Assembly: GCA_949300345.1 (NCBI GenBank) | Contig: CASGDR010000001.1 | Coordinates: 328,695-392,694 of the forward strand | DNA: 64,000 bases | Reading direction: 5' to 3' | DNA from: an uncultured bacterium | GTDB lineage: Bacteria; Bacillota_I; Bacilli_A; RFN20; CAG-826 | In this document: positions 1-10,111 of the stretch, piece after piece | Layout of the letters: each line of letters starts with the position of its first letter | How positions within the stretch are numbered: the stretch's first letter is position 1 | Program-made: the position numbers and the translations under genes | Notes under the pieces: model-generated | The model's input: only the letters and a program-made list of their open reading frames with translations | What the model was told of the DNA's origin: nothing | The model's database searches: none

Positions 1-822
1 GATGAGGGCGGCCCCGATGATGAAGGCAAAGACCGAGTTGACGAAGACCTCGAAGAAGACCATGGGCCAGTGGCACCTCTTGGTGTAGCTAAGGCAGAAG
101 TTGGAATAGTCCTCGATGCTCTTCTTGAAGCGGGAAAAGGAATGGATGGTCTGGTTGAAGGTCTTGACGACCGGGATGCCCCTGACATACTCGACGGCCT
201 GGTTATTCACCCCTTCTATGGCATCCTGGTAATTCTTCATGTCTTCCTTCATCTTGGGCCCGGTCATGGTGAACATGCAGGCAAAGCCTAGGACCGCGGG
301 GATGAGGGAAATAAGGCCAAGCCTCCAATCGAAGACCACCAGGACCACGATGATGGCGATGGGAGTGACCAAGGCCCCAACCATGTCAGGAAGAAGGTGG
401 GCGAGGTAGGTCTCCCCGGCCCCTGAGGAATCGATGATGATCTTGCGTAGGCGCCCACTCCCGAATCTTTCAATTTCCCCGATGGAGAGTTCCATCACGT
501 GGCTGATTGCTTTCTTGCGGATGTTGCTAGCAATCCTAAAGGCCGAAAGGTGGCTGCATATCAGTCCAGCGATATAGACGAAGAAGGAGCCTAGGGAAAA
601 TCCCAGGGCAATCCAGGCATTATTTACCATGTTGTTATCGCCCGAGTAGTCCGGATATAGCCCAACCGCTTCCTCCAAGATGAAATAGAGGTAGACGAAC
701 ACCATGATGGCCATGGCCGCGCTGAGGGCGGAAAGCAATAATGAGCAATAGGTCAAAAACCTATATTTCCCCGCCTCTTTGAGTAGTCGTGAGAGATTGG
801 ACTCTTTCTTGGCTTTAGACAT
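1..822 (-). CDS. ABC transporter (type I exporter family), N-terminal transmembrane domain; the 3' part runs off the window edge
   Basis: Minus-strand frame from the ATG at 820-822 to the window edge with no stop. Translation is MSKAKKESNLSRLLKEAGKYRF... with several hydrophobic helices typical of an ABC exporter TMD. The ORF track shows only fragments because the ORF is open at the edge. Confidence 0.55.
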   Translation of the reverse strand, partial: MSKAKKESNLSRLLKEAGKYRFLTYCSLLLSALSAAMAIMVFVYLYFILEEAVGLYPDYSGDNNMVNNAWIALGFSLGSFFVYIAGLICSHLSAFRIASNIRKKAISHVMELSIGEIERFGSGRLRKIIIDSSGAGETYLAHLLPDMVGALVTPIAIIVVLVVFDWRLGLISLIPAVLGFACMFTMTGPKMKEDMKNYQDAIEGVNNQAVEYVRGIPVVKTFNQTIHSFSRFKKSIEDYSNFCLSYTKRCHWPMVFFEVFVNSVFAFIIGAALI

Positions 823-950
823 GGAAAATCCTCGTTAGTTATATATAACAACAATAATAGAAAATCCCTGCTTTTATTCAAGCAAAACGGTAAAAGCCAT
901 ATGAAAAGGGGCGGGTTTGCATTGTTCCCGCCCCAAAGTAGGAATCTTTC

Positions 951-3596
951 CTATTCTGTTCTTAGGGCCACAACCGGATCCTTCTTGGCGGCCAAGCGGG
1001 CCGGGATAAGTCCGGAGATAGTGGTCAGTAGCATCGAAACCAGGATCAGGATGATGGCCACCCACCAGGTAAGCGAGGCAATCGTATAGATGCCGGTGAT
1101 CGAGCCGACGATGAGATTGATGATAAGCGAGATGAGATAGGTGAAGGCCACCCCTACCGCGCCAGAGAAGAGCCCAATGATGATGGTTTCGGCATTGAAG
1201 AGGCGCGAGACGTCCTTCTTTCTACCGCCGAGGCTTCTGATGACGCCGATTTCCTTGACCCTTTCGATGACCGAGACATAGGTGATGATGGCAATCATGA
1301 CGGTGGAAACCACTAGGCTCAGGGCTACGAAGGCGATGAGGGCAGCGGTGACGATGGTAATCATCGAATAGATCATCGACATCACCACTTCGAGATCATC
1401 GATATAGACGATGTCGGAACGCACCGACCTTTCCAAGACCTTGACCAGTTCCCCGGTCTCGGGATCATAGATGTTGATGTCCCCGTCCGAATTCCATAGG
1501 TCGAGGTATTCTTTCAAATCTTCCTTCTGGCTGAGCTCAGAAGTATAGAAAGAGATGGAGGTGGGTAGTTCCGCCCCGCCGGAAGCGGCCAGGGAGAGGG
1601 TATAGCCGCTACCGCTGATGCCGAGGATGCTGAAGCTGGCGGAAGAACCCACGAAGCCGATCTGATTCGGATAATCGGTGCCCTGCAGCGAGAAGGAGTA
1701 TTCATAGCTGATGCCAGTGGTGATTCCTTGGGCAGAACCCGAGACGATGGTTTGCTCTTCCAGGCCGCTGATGGTGGTGGTCAGAACCGAGTCCTTGCTA
1801 TCATCGCGCATCCTTTCAGAAAGAGCTTCGGTGTAATAGATGCCCGAAGAGAGGGTGCCATAACTTAGCCCGTCCTTGAGTTTGAGGACCGCGGAAATTC
1901 TCAGGGGGATGCCGGTGGTCCAAGTAGGATCCTCATAGGCGGAATAATCGAAGTTCGGGAACTCCTCGCTCAAGGAAGCGGTCTTGTTGTAGAGGGTGTC
2001 GTTGGGATAATAGGTGAACTCCTTGGACATCAGTTCTTCTAGGGTGAAGCTATCCTTGTCCAAGTCGGGGTTATAGTCCGGGCTGCCCAAAGCCTGATAG
2101 ACCCTGTTGAAGAATTCTTCCTGGGTGAAATAGCCATATTGGGTCAGGGTCAAATCGGAAAGGGCGCCGTTGGAATCAACGACCAAGATGAGGTCATTTT
2201 CCGAAGTTGGGAAACTGCTTTGTCCGATGAGGTCATATTGGTCAAGCAGATAATCGGCATCGCCAGGAAAGACCGACATGCTGGTCACCATGGAAACCAA
2301 AGAGGAAAAGGAAGAAATACCTTCGACCTTGGAAATCATGGCCTCATAGGTCTTCAGCATCGCGGAGAGCGACATGCTCTGGTCGCCGTATTTCTCCAAT
2401 TTGACGTTGGTGAAGATATTGTTGGTGATTTCTTCGCCATAATCGCAATGGATGGCCTCGGTATACTCCTCGGGCATCTGGCCAACAAAGCTCAGATAGT
2501 CCTCGGTAATGTCGTTTTCGATCAAAAAGGAGCCGGATTTGGCAGCATTTTCGATAATGGAAGTGATGACACCGCTGACATTGACGATGCCGTTGTCGGT
2601 ATTGTCTTGGACGATTTCCCCTTGGGTGCTCGAGGACATCATGCTGACGATGGAATTGAGGTCATAGGCCGACTGGGCCACTTTGACCGGGTTGCAGGAG
2701 AGCAAATCGTCCTGCATCCCGTCTATATAGCCGGTGACCCCGCTGGAGACGGCCGAAACGGCCCCGACCCCGATGATGCCGATGGATGCGGCAAAGCAGA
2801 TCATGGCCGTCCTTTTGGCTTTGGAAAGAAGGTTCTTCCAACTAAGCCCGAAGGCACTATGCAAAGGCAGATACGACTTCTTGCGCCCTTCATAGGGAAT
2901 GATGTCGTCGGGTTTTTCTTGATAGGGATTGGAGTCGCCTACAATCTCCCCGTCGAGCAGGTTGATGATCCTATTGGCGTACTTCCCGGCCAGTTCGGGA
3001 TTATGGGTAACCATGATGACAAGACGGTCCTTGGCGACTTCCTTGAGCAAATCCATGATCTGGATCGAGGTCTTGGTGTCTAGGGCCCCGGTCGGCTCGT
3101 CGGCCAAAAGGATTTCCGGATCGTTGACCAAGGCGCGGGCGATGGCCACCCTTTGGCACTGGCCGCCGGAGAGTTGGTTGGGTTTCTTATGCAGTTCGCT
3201 TTCAAGTCCGACCTTGGCGAGGATTTCCTTGCTGCGGGCTATCCTTTCTTCTTTCTTGACGCCGGCGATGCGAAGGGCCAGCTCGACGTTTTCCAAAACG
3301 GTCTGATGGGGAATCAGGTTATAGGATTGGAAGACAAAGCCGATCCTCTCGTTGCGGTAGGTATCCCAGTCGCGGTCCTTGAAGCCCTTGGTGGAAATCC
3401 CATCGATGAAAAGATCGCCGTCGGTGGCCTTGTCTAGTCCGCCGATGATGTTGAGCAGGGTGGTCTTGCCGCATCCTGAAGGGCCAAGTATGGCCACGAA
3501 TTCGGAGTTGCGGAAGGAGACGCTCAGCCCTTTTAGGGCGTGGACGTCGTCCCCGGATGTCTTATATACCTTTTGAAGATTCTCTAATCTAAGCAT
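951..3596 (-). CDS. MacB/FtsX-type ABC transporter, ATPase fused to permease with a large extracytoplasmic domain
   Basis: 881 aa. N-terminus has Walker A GPSGCGKTT, the ABC signature LSGGQCQRVAIARAL and Walker B ILLADEPTGALD. A roughly 500-aa Ser/Thr/Asp-rich extracellular region is followed by C-terminal FtsX-like TM helices. GGGAGG RBS lies 8 nt upstream of the ATG. Confidence 0.85.
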   Translation of the reverse strand: MLRLENLQKVYKTSGDDVHALKGLSVSFRNSEFVAILGPSGCGKTTLLNIIGGLDKATDGDLFIDGISTKGFKDRDWDTYRNERIGFVFQSYNLIPHQTVLENVELALRIAGVKKEERIARSKEILAKVGLESELHKKPNQLSGGQCQRVAIARALVNDPEILLADEPTGALDTKTSIQIMDLLKEVAKDRLVIMVTHNPELAGKYANRIINLLDGEIVGDSNPYQEKPDDIIPYEGRKKSYLPLHSAFGLSWKNLLSKAKRTAMICFAASIGIIGVGAVSAVSSGVTGYIDGMQDDLLSCNPVKVAQSAYDLNSIVSMMSSSTQGEIVQDNTDNGIVNVSGVITSIIENAAKSGSFLIENDITEDYLSFVGQMPEEYTEAIHCDYGEEITNNIFTNVKLEKYGDQSMSLSAMLKTYEAMISKVEGISSFSSLVSMVTSMSVFPGDADYLLDQYDLIGQSSFPTSENDLILVVDSNGALSDLTLTQYGYFTQEEFFNRVYQALGSPDYNPDLDKDSFTLEELMSKEFTYYPNDTLYNKTASLSEEFPNFDYSAYEDPTWTTGIPLRISAVLKLKDGLSYGTLSSGIYYTEALSERMRDDSKDSVLTTTISGLEEQTIVSGSAQGITTGISYEYSFSLQGTDYPNQIGFVGSSASFSILGISGSGYTLSLAASGGAELPTSISFYTSELSQKEDLKEYLDLWNSDGDINIYDPETGELVKVLERSVRSDIVYIDDLEVVMSMIYSMITIVTAALIAFVALSLVVSTVMIAIITYVSVIERVKEIGVIRSLGGRKKDVSRLFNAETIIIGLFSGAVGVAFTYLISLIINLIVGSITGIYTIASLTWWVAIILILVSMLLTTISGLIPARLAAKKDPVVALRTE

Positions 3597-4005
3597 TGCT
3601 AGATCCTCCCTCTTTTAGCAGTCCGATCAGGGAAGCCTTGCCTTCATCGTCGATGACCGCAAAGAACTGTTCGGTGGCTTCTATGGCCTCGGCCCTAAGG
3701 CGTTCGAGCTCCCTTTGGCCACTCAAGGTCAGAAAGAGAAGATAGGACTCCCCTTTCTTCTTTTTCCTGGTGAGGAAGTTCTTCCTTCTAAGGCTGGAGA
3801 AGGCCACGGTGATGCGGGGTTTGGATATCCCAAGGATGTCGGCGGTCTCACCCAAAGTAATGCCTTCGGGGTGTTCCCCAATCAGCCTGAGGATGCTCCC
3901 GGTGCCGGTGGACAGGGCATTGATCTTGCGCAACAGGCTGGAGTATTTGCGGCTTGAAAGCAAGTCCACGAGATTGCCAGCGAAGCCTTGGTCATTAGTT
4001 AACAT
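3589..4005 (-). CDS. MarR-family transcriptional regulator
   Basis: Winged-helix region GITLGETADILGISKPRITVAFSSLRRKNFLTR. The track ORF starts at a TTG at 4095; the first ATG gives 138 aa, a typical MarR size. The stop overlaps the start of the downstream ABC gene, suggesting an operon. Confidence 0.55.
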   Translation of the reverse strand: MLTNDQGFAGNLVDLLSSRKYSSLLRKINALSTGTGSILRLIGEHPEGITLGETADILGISKPRITVAFSSLRRKNFLTRKKKKGESYLLFLTLSGQRELERLRAEAIEATEQFFAVIDDEGKASLIGLLKEGGSSNA

Positions 4006-4275
4006 GGTTAATTTATAATGAGGGCTAAGAGCCCATTCAATACATAATCGAAGGAAAGCGCTTTCAGCGGAAACACCATGCTGGAATACGGGCAAGAAGG
4101 CCTTGATTTATGGTTAGTACACTCCCTTTTCAAGTGGTTTTGAAAGCCCTCTAAGGACCCCCTCTTGGCCTAGTCTTGAAAGGTGGTCTGATTCTATTTG
4201 AAGAACTTCCCAACACCGGGGCAAGGCGGACTAATGCCTTGTAAAGTTGTAAAGGAAGCCCCAAAATTATTTATC

Positions 4276-4821
4276 ATGTACGAAGGCAGCAATCCGACGG
4301 CCCTGAGGTCGATGGACGCTATTTCGAGGGCGTTCTTGGCCGTGCTTAGGGAAAAACCGTATTCCGAGGTTTCGATCAACGAGGTCTCCGCGAGGGCCCA
4401 GCTCACGAGGCAGACTTTCTACAATCTTTATGATGAGAAGGACGATATCGTCAGGCATTTGGTCCGCTACATCTATCGCCATTCCTTCAATGATTTGCCC
4501 CCGAAAGCCGCCGATCCCAAGGAAGCCCTGTTGGTTTTCCTCAAGCGCTTCCAAGTTCACTCCGACGTCATCAAGCTTTTGGCAGAATCGGGAGCCTCGC
4601 ATCTGGTCCAGGAAGAAATATCCCGGTACGTAACCGCCCTGATGGAAGGCTTCCAAGGACTAAAGGAGGACGACCCGGCCCTCCCCTATCTAAGGGTTTT
4701 CCTCTCCAACGGCTTTACCAGCCTATTGATCGAGTGGTCCAAACATCCCAACCTTTCCCCAGAGGACGTGGTCGGCATTTGCCTAAGCGTAGGCCTCAAC
4801 GGCCCCTACATCGGAAAGTAA
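4276..4821 (+). CDS. TetR/AcrR-family transcriptional regulator
   Basis: HTH signature SINEVSARAQLTRQTFYNLYDEKDDI near the N-terminus. The start was moved to the ATG at 4276 (MYEGSN...), with AAAGGAAG upstream. Terminator hairpin follows directly. Confidence 0.6.
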   Translation: MYEGSNPTALRSMDAISRAFLAVLREKPYSEVSINEVSARAQLTRQTFYNLYDEKDDIVRHLVRYIYRHSFNDLPPKAADPKEALLVFLKRFQVHSDVIKLLAESGASHLVQEEISRYVTALMEGFQGLKEDDPALPYLRVFLSNGFTSLLIEWSKHPNLSPEDVVGICLSVGLNGPYIGK

Positions 4822-4822
4822 T

Positions 4823-4845
4823 CCGGCGGAAGCCGGTTTTCTTTT
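4823..4845 (+). terminator. rho-independent terminator after the TetR gene
   Basis: CCGGC-ggaa-GCCGG stem-loop followed by TTTTCTTTT. Confidence 0.4.
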
Positions 4846-4884
4846 GAAAATAAAAATCCCGATTGAACCGGGCTTTTTAAGAAC

Positions 4885-4958
4885 TGGAGCATCTGGCGGG
4901 AATCGAACCCGTATAGCCAGCTTGGGAAGCTGGAGTTCTACCACTGAACTACAGATGC
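4885..4958 (-). tRNA. tRNA-Gly (anticodon CCC)
   Basis: Reverse complement gives GCATCTG TAGTTCAGTGGTAGAAC ... anticodon loop TTCCCAA ... GGGTTCGATTCCCGCCAGATGC-T-CCA. The 7-bp acceptor stem pairs perfectly and CCA is encoded. Confidence 0.8.
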
Positions 4959-4963
4959 ATGGT

Positions 4964-5039
4964 TGGTGGGTGCAAAGGGGCTCGAACCCCTGACCTCCTG
5001 TACGTCAAACAGGTGCTCTCCCAGCTGAGCTATACACCC
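4964..5039 (-). tRNA. tRNA-Val (anticodon GAC)
   Basis: Reverse complement gives GGGTGTATAGCTCAGCTGGGAGAGCACCTGTTTGACGTACAGG ... GGTTCGAGCCCCTTTGCACCC-A-CCA. Cloverleaf with anticodon loop TTGACGT. Confidence 0.8.
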
Positions 5040-5096
5040 AACCTATGTGCTGCGCCGAGGGCGCTTGCCTATTATAGGTATTCCCCAAGGCGGGAT

Positions 5097-7220
5097 TCAA
5101 GATATTTTCTCTTCCTTCTTCGAGCCTCTTACTGCCCACCAATCATAGGCGCCAAGGCCTACTAGCCCCACGATCGCAATGGGGAAGAGATAATGGCTGG
5201 CCTGGGAGGCCATGGTCCCCGGGTAAGTGACATGCAGGACATAATCCCCGGCCGGGATATAGGCAGCCACCAAGCCATCGACGGAGGTGACTTCGCAATC
5301 GATGCTATGGCCATCTTCATAGACCGCATGGAACGAATATCCCGGGTAATAGATTTGGGGAATCTGAAACAAGGCGCCATCTTCGGAAGCCACGCTGATA
5401 TTGAAGGAAGCCTCCGGGGTCTTGACATAGAAGACCTCGACGCTCCCCTCACCTTCTAAGAAGACCGGGGTGATGTAGTCCTCAAGCCCAAAGTCAATCG
5501 GGTCGAGGCTGAACCTGGTAACCACCTGGTTGCCGATCTGACTGGCCAATGAATTGTGATAGCTGGGTGCTTCGCTTCCGTATCCGATATCCAAAAGGAC
5601 CTGGGGCATGTATTCGTCGGAGGTCCCCCAATAGGTATATTCCTTGAAATATTCATGGTCAGGGTTTGACAAGATGTAATTGTTGGGCTCGTAGTTGAAG
5701 ATGCGCTTATCGATCTGTCCTTGCCCGACAACCATCATCATCGATGCGACCATGAAGGTACAGGTGAGGGCAATGCGGTTTTTCCTAAAGGGAACCACCA
5801 AATAAAGAAGGAAGCAGAAGATAAAGAAATAGACCAAGCCCCAGAAACGGTACGGGAACTGGCCCATGTAGAGGATCGAGGGACTGATTTCCCAAATCCA
5901 GGCGGTGAATATGTAAAGGAAGCCCACGATGATGCCAAGGGAATAGAAATACAACTCGGGGTTTTTCAGCCAGTCCTTCTTAAGCCTATCCCTCAAAGGC
6001 AGTTCCTCGGGCTTTTCGGGCACCAGCATCGGGTAAAGGATCCTAAAGTAAAGGAAGCTGGCATAGAAGATGACCATGCCCAGACAGACTTCCAGCCTCG
6101 AATTGGCTAGATACAGGGGGACAAATAGAAACATGGCGATGAACAAGATCCTAGCCAGCAACATCCATTTGTCATTGTTCCCGTATTTGACGAAGGCCCA
6201 GTCGATCAGGTAGGCGAGTAGGCATAGGGTCGGGAACAAAGCCAAACCGAGGGCCCAATAGAAGACGGTGTCGGTGCCATACATCGGGGTGACCGTGAGT
6301 AGCCACTGGAAATTGATGAAGCCGCTGAACTGGGCCGATTGCCCAATCCTCCAGATGACCGATTCCAAAGTGGTCCACATCGCTTCGTCATCGTTGAAGA
6401 CATAGTAGTCAGACATGGTTCCCTCAAGAAGGTTATAGACATAGCCAACCACCATGAAAACCAACAAAACCGCCGCAATACCAAGATGGATTGCTTTGCT
6501 TTTATCTAGAAACAGGCGGATGGTCTTCTTGATATTGAACAAAAGATAGACCAGGCCTGAAAACCCGCAGATCAAGGCGGTAAAGGGATGGCATAGGATA
6601 AGGCCTGAACCCCCTATTACGATGGCGATATATCCCCGGGCCCTGGCCTTTTCCTCGTTGATGATGGTGTATAGACCATAGAAGAGAATAGGCAAAAAGG
6701 CCCAGGCTACGGCCTCGGAGAGGGCAAAGCGGTAATAGAAGCAGAAAAGCCGATAAGGCATGAAAATGTAGGCGATGCCAAAGGCTAGGCCAAGTAGATC
6801 GGACTTGGTCATGGCCCGCCCTAGGTAATAGGCATAGATTCCCGAAACGAAAACGGAGGTCACGGAAACGAACTTGATGCCTTCTACCGGTCCGGCCCCA
6901 GCCCATTGGAACAGAAAACCGAAGCCAGCGCCAATGTATTGGGCAAAGTGGCCATAATAGAGATAAGGGTTATAGGCCAGGTTCCCGAAGATATTATGAC
7001 CGGTAGATTCAAAGAAGCCATTGTTGAAGCCATCGATGAGGTCGGTGACCATAATCAAGTGCTCTTCGACGTCATCGCCCCCGGCAATGCCGGCATAGAA
7101 AATCCAAAAATAGAAGGCCACCATGGTGGCTAAGGCCAACACCAGATAAGGAGCGGCCGACCTCAGGGCCGGTTTGGACATTTCCCAGCGGCGGGACATC
7201 CTTTCCAGGATAGTTTCCAT
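5097..7220 (-). CDS. large polytopic membrane protein, putative GT-C-like glycosyltransferase (YfhO / PTPS-related-like)
   Basis: About 707 aa from the ATG at 7220; the track start at 7250 is a TTG. More than 10 predicted TM helices, a DD/E-containing periplasmic loop near the N-terminus, and a C-terminal soluble domain with a terminal TM anchor. Confidence 0.5.
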   Translation of the reverse strand: METILERMSRRWEMSKPALRSAAPYLVLALATMVAFYFWIFYAGIAGGDDVEEHLIMVTDLIDGFNNGFFESTGHNIFGNLAYNPYLYYGHFAQYIGAGFGFLFQWAGAGPVEGIKFVSVTSVFVSGIYAYYLGRAMTKSDLLGLAFGIAYIFMPYRLFCFYYRFALSEAVAWAFLPILFYGLYTIINEEKARARGYIAIVIGGSGLILCHPFTALICGFSGLVYLLFNIKKTIRLFLDKSKAIHLGIAAVLLVFMVVGYVYNLLEGTMSDYYVFNDDEAMWTTLESVIWRIGQSAQFSGFINFQWLLTVTPMYGTDTVFYWALGLALFPTLCLLAYLIDWAFVKYGNNDKWMLLARILFIAMFLFVPLYLANSRLEVCLGMVIFYASFLYFRILYPMLVPEKPEELPLRDRLKKDWLKNPELYFYSLGIIVGFLYIFTAWIWEISPSILYMGQFPYRFWGLVYFFIFCFLLYLVVPFRKNRIALTCTFMVASMMMVVGQGQIDKRIFNYEPNNYILSNPDHEYFKEYTYWGTSDEYMPQVLLDIGYGSEAPSYHNSLASQIGNQVVTRFSLDPIDFGLEDYITPVFLEGEGSVEVFYVKTPEASFNISVASEDGALFQIPQIYYPGYSFHAVYEDGHSIDCEVTSVDGLVAAYIPAGDYVLHVTYPGTMASQASHYLFPIAIVGLVGLGAYDWWAVRGSKKEEKIS

Positions 7221-7276
7221 CGCGATATTTTTTTCCAAGCACACGGCCAATTCAAGACAAGAGAAGCCTTAATGCC

Positions 7277-7282
7277 TATAAT
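7277..7282 (+). promoter_or_regulatory. candidate -10 box (TATAAT) 6 nt upstream of the ATG at 7289; leaderless-type start
   Basis: gccTATAATctaggcATG; a weak -35-like AAGACA sits 17 nt upstream. Confidence 0.3.
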
Positions 7283-7288
7283 CTAGGC

Positions 7289-7864
7289 ATGGGCAGCCTA
7301 TATATAGACGCTTCGGTCAGGGGAAAAGATTCAAGAACCCGCGCTTTGGCCGAGCAAATCAAAGGCCATCTCGGGGGAAACTGGGAAGAAATAAACCTCC
7401 GGGAACTGACCCTATTGCCTTTGAACGAAGAGAGATTGGCCAAGAAACAGGAACTCCTTTCAAAAAGCAAATACGATGATCCTTCCTTCGCCTTGGCTAG
7501 GCAGATCAAAGAGGCCGAAAGGGTCCTCATCATTGCCCCCTGCTATGACTATCTTTATCCGGCATTGCTCAAGCTATATATCGAAAACATCACCCATATG
7601 GGCATCACCTTCGATTACGATGAGCTGGGTAGGGCCAAGGGACTGACAAACATCCGGGAGGTCTTCTATGTGACCACCGCGGGAGGATATCTCGATGAGG
7701 ACATCGGCTATCTCAACATCAAAGCCGTCTTCAATGGCCTTTTCGGAGTCAAATCCATCCATCGCATAGCTGCCGAGGGGCTCGACCTCGTTGGTTGCGA
7801 TATCCCGGCCAAGCTGAAGCAAGCCCTACAAGAGTTCAAAAATCAAACCGAGGAGAAAAAATGA
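7289..7864 (+). CDS. flavodoxin-like-fold NAD(P)H-dependent FMN oxidoreductase (azoreductase / ACP phosphodiesterase family)
   Basis: N-terminus LYIDASVRGKDSRTRALAEQIKGHL matches the Gly/Ser-rich FMN-binding start of this family; about 190 aa. Confidence 0.55.
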   Translation: MGSLYIDASVRGKDSRTRALAEQIKGHLGGNWEEINLRELTLLPLNEERLAKKQELLSKSKYDDPSFALARQIKEAERVLIIAPCYDYLYPALLKLYIENITHMGITFDYDELGRAKGLTNIREVFYVTTAGGYLDEDIGYLNIKAVFNGLFGVKSIHRIAAEGLDLVGCDIPAKLKQALQEFKNQTEEKK

Positions 7865-8619
7865 AGATCGTAAGTTTCAATGTCAATGGCATCAGGGCCA
7901 TCCTCAAAAAGGACTTCCTAAAGGATTTCCAATACCTCAACGCCGACATTTTCTCGCTCAATGAGACCAAGTGGAGCGAGGAAAATAGCTTTCCCGTCGC
8001 CTTCGAGGGCTACAAGACGTATTTCACCAATTCCAAGGTCAAGAAAGGTTATTCGGGGGTAGCCGTCTTCACTAGGCTCGAACCCCTTTCGGTCCATTAT
8101 GGACTGGAAAACGGGGAATACGATGAAGAGGGGCGGATCATCACCCTGGAGTTTGAAAATTTCTACTATGTCGCCGCCTATGTCCCCAATGCCGGAGAGG
8201 AACTCAAACGCCTCCCCTTCCGCATGGAATACGAAGAAAGGCTCTCTTCATATCTGATCGGATTGGATAAGAAAAAACCGGTCATTTATGCCGGAGACCT
8301 CAATGTCGCCCATAATCCCATCGATCTGAAGAACCCGAAGTCCAACGAGGGCAATGCCGGCTACACCAAGGAAGAAAGGGAAGCCTTTACCAAATTGCTG
8401 GGGCACGGCTTCAGCGATGCCTTCCGTTACCTATATCCGGAAAAGGTTGTCTATTCTTGGTGGAGCTACCGCTTCCGGTCGAGGGAAAAAGGCATCGGTT
8501 GGAGAATCGACTATTTCGTCGTTTCTGACTGCCTCAAACCAAAAATCAAGGACTGCATTATCCATAACGAAGTCTATGGGTCTGACCACTGCCCCGTCTC
8601 GTTGGAGATTGATCTATGA
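7861..8619 (+). CDS. xth: exodeoxyribonuclease III
   Basis: MKIVSFNVNGIRA..., NETK, GDLNVAHNPIDL and the C-terminal SDHCPV: the EEP-family ExoIII signature. The ATG at 7861 overlaps the upstream stop. Confidence 0.85.
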   Translation: MKIVSFNVNGIRAILKKDFLKDFQYLNADIFSLNETKWSEENSFPVAFEGYKTYFTNSKVKKGYSGVAVFTRLEPLSVHYGLENGEYDEEGRIITLEFENFYYVAAYVPNAGEELKRLPFRMEYEERLSSYLIGLDKKKPVIYAGDLNVAHNPIDLKNPKSNEGNAGYTKEEREAFTKLLGHGFSDAFRYLYPEKVVYSWWSYRFRSREKGIGWRIDYFVVSDCLKPKIKDCIIHNEVYGSDHCPVSLEIDL

Positions 8620-10046
8620 TTGAAAGGATTTTCCATCTAAAAGAAAGCGGATCTACGGTGAAATCCGAGATAATCGGCGGCCTAATCACCTTCTTGTCCA
8701 TCATCTATATCCTCCCGGTGAACTCCGCGATCCTCTCTTCCATGGGCATGGACTCTGGAGGCATCTTCTTTGCCACGGCCCTAGTAAGCGGGGTCTGCTG
8801 CCTGCTCATGGGCTTTTTGGCCAACTACCCCATTGCCCTATCGGCGGGCATGGGCATGAATGCCTACCTGGCCTATAACGTCTGCGGGATCATGGGCTTC
8901 GGCTGGATCGAGACGATGATGCTGCTTACCCTCAACGGCGTCCTCTTCATAACCATCACCGCCACCCCCATCAGAAGCAAAATCGTCAATGGCATCCCCA
9001 AGGCCCTAAGCGCTGCCATCTGCATCGGACTGGGCGGCTTCATTGCCTTCGTCGGCCTTCAGAATGCCGGCATCGTGGTCGATGCCTCGACCTTGGTTAC
9101 CCTCGGCGACTTCTCCGATCCCGGAACCCTGCTTACCGTCTGCGGGATCCTTATGACCTTGGCCCTGATGTCCTTCAAGAGGTTTCCCAACATCGCCAAG
9201 ATGGCGGTCCCCATCGGACTGGTCCTCACCGGTATTATCGGAGTCATTTGCTCCGAAATCCTCACCGGCATCGGACGGGGAAATTTTGCATTGGATTCCG
9301 GCTTACCCATCGGTCCTTGGAGGGATGCCTCGGTCTATTGGGGCATCTCGGGCTTTGACAAGGTCGTCTTCTGGGGCAGCTTGGATCCGGCCAATGCCAA
9401 TCTTGATTACGGGGGACTGATCGCCGACATGTTCGCCAATCCCAACACCTACGTGGCCGTCTTTACCTTGATTTTCGTCAATATCTTCGACACCACGGCA
9501 ACCCTGGTCGCAGCCGGGAATACCTGTGGCCTGGTTGCCGAAGACGGGACCATCAAAAACGGCCGCCGGGTCATGATGGTCGACGCCACCGGAGCCCTCT
9601 TGGCCGGACCCATCGGTACCTCTACCGTCACCTCCTTTGCCGAGTCAGCCATCGGGGTATCCCTCGGGGCTAGGACCGGATTGATGGCCGTGGTGGTCGG
9701 CATCTGTTTCCTGCTCTCGGGGTTTGCCTTTCCGATTTTCTCCATCTTCTCCTACGCTTCGGTCTATTCAGTGGCCCTTGTGGCCGTCGGGATCATGATC
9801 ATGGCCAATAACCTGCCGACCCTAGCCAAATCCGACTTTGCCGCCCTCTTCTCGGGAGGCTTGACCTTACTGATGATGGTTTTGACCTATTCCCTCTCCA
9901 ACGGCATGGCCATCGGAATCATCGCCTATGTCTTAATGAAGATATTCGAAGGAAAGGGCAAGGAACTATCCTGGGTCGTATATCTGATGGCGGGCCTATT
10001 CTTCGTCTTCTTCCTCGTCGGGGCATTGACCAACCACCTCTCCTAG
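8616..10046 (+). CDS. pbuG: NCS2-family purine permease (guanine/hypoxanthine permease, PbuG/AzgA-like)
   Basis: 476 aa, 12-13 TM helices. N-terminus MIERIFHLKESGSTVKSEIIGGLITFLSI is typical of AzgA-type permeases. Translationally coupled to xth. Confidence 0.75.
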   Translation: MIERIFHLKESGSTVKSEIIGGLITFLSIIYILPVNSAILSSMGMDSGGIFFATALVSGVCCLLMGFLANYPIALSAGMGMNAYLAYNVCGIMGFGWIETMMLLTLNGVLFITITATPIRSKIVNGIPKALSAAICIGLGGFIAFVGLQNAGIVVDASTLVTLGDFSDPGTLLTVCGILMTLALMSFKRFPNIAKMAVPIGLVLTGIIGVICSEILTGIGRGNFALDSGLPIGPWRDASVYWGISGFDKVVFWGSLDPANANLDYGGLIADMFANPNTYVAVFTLIFVNIFDTTATLVAAGNTCGLVAEDGTIKNGRRVMMVDATGALLAGPIGTSTVTSFAESAIGVSLGARTGLMAVVVGICFLLSGFAFPIFSIFSYASVYSVALVAVGIMIMANNLPTLAKSDFAALFSGGLTLLMMVLTYSLSNGMAIGIIAYVLMKIFEGKGKELSWVVYLMAGLFFVFFLVGALTNHLS

Positions 10047-10111
10047 AATCTTAGGCTCGTTTTAAAGTTCTTTATGGGAATGCGCCTATAATGCCCTAAG
10101 GGAGAAGAACA

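Noticed and set aside
2139-3437. Plus-strand ORFs 2139..3083, 2929..3306 and 3153..3437 inside the MacB-type ABC gene
   Set aside because: Antisense shadow ORFs within a well-supported minus-strand gene. Low-complexity, Gly/Asp-rich translations with no motifs.
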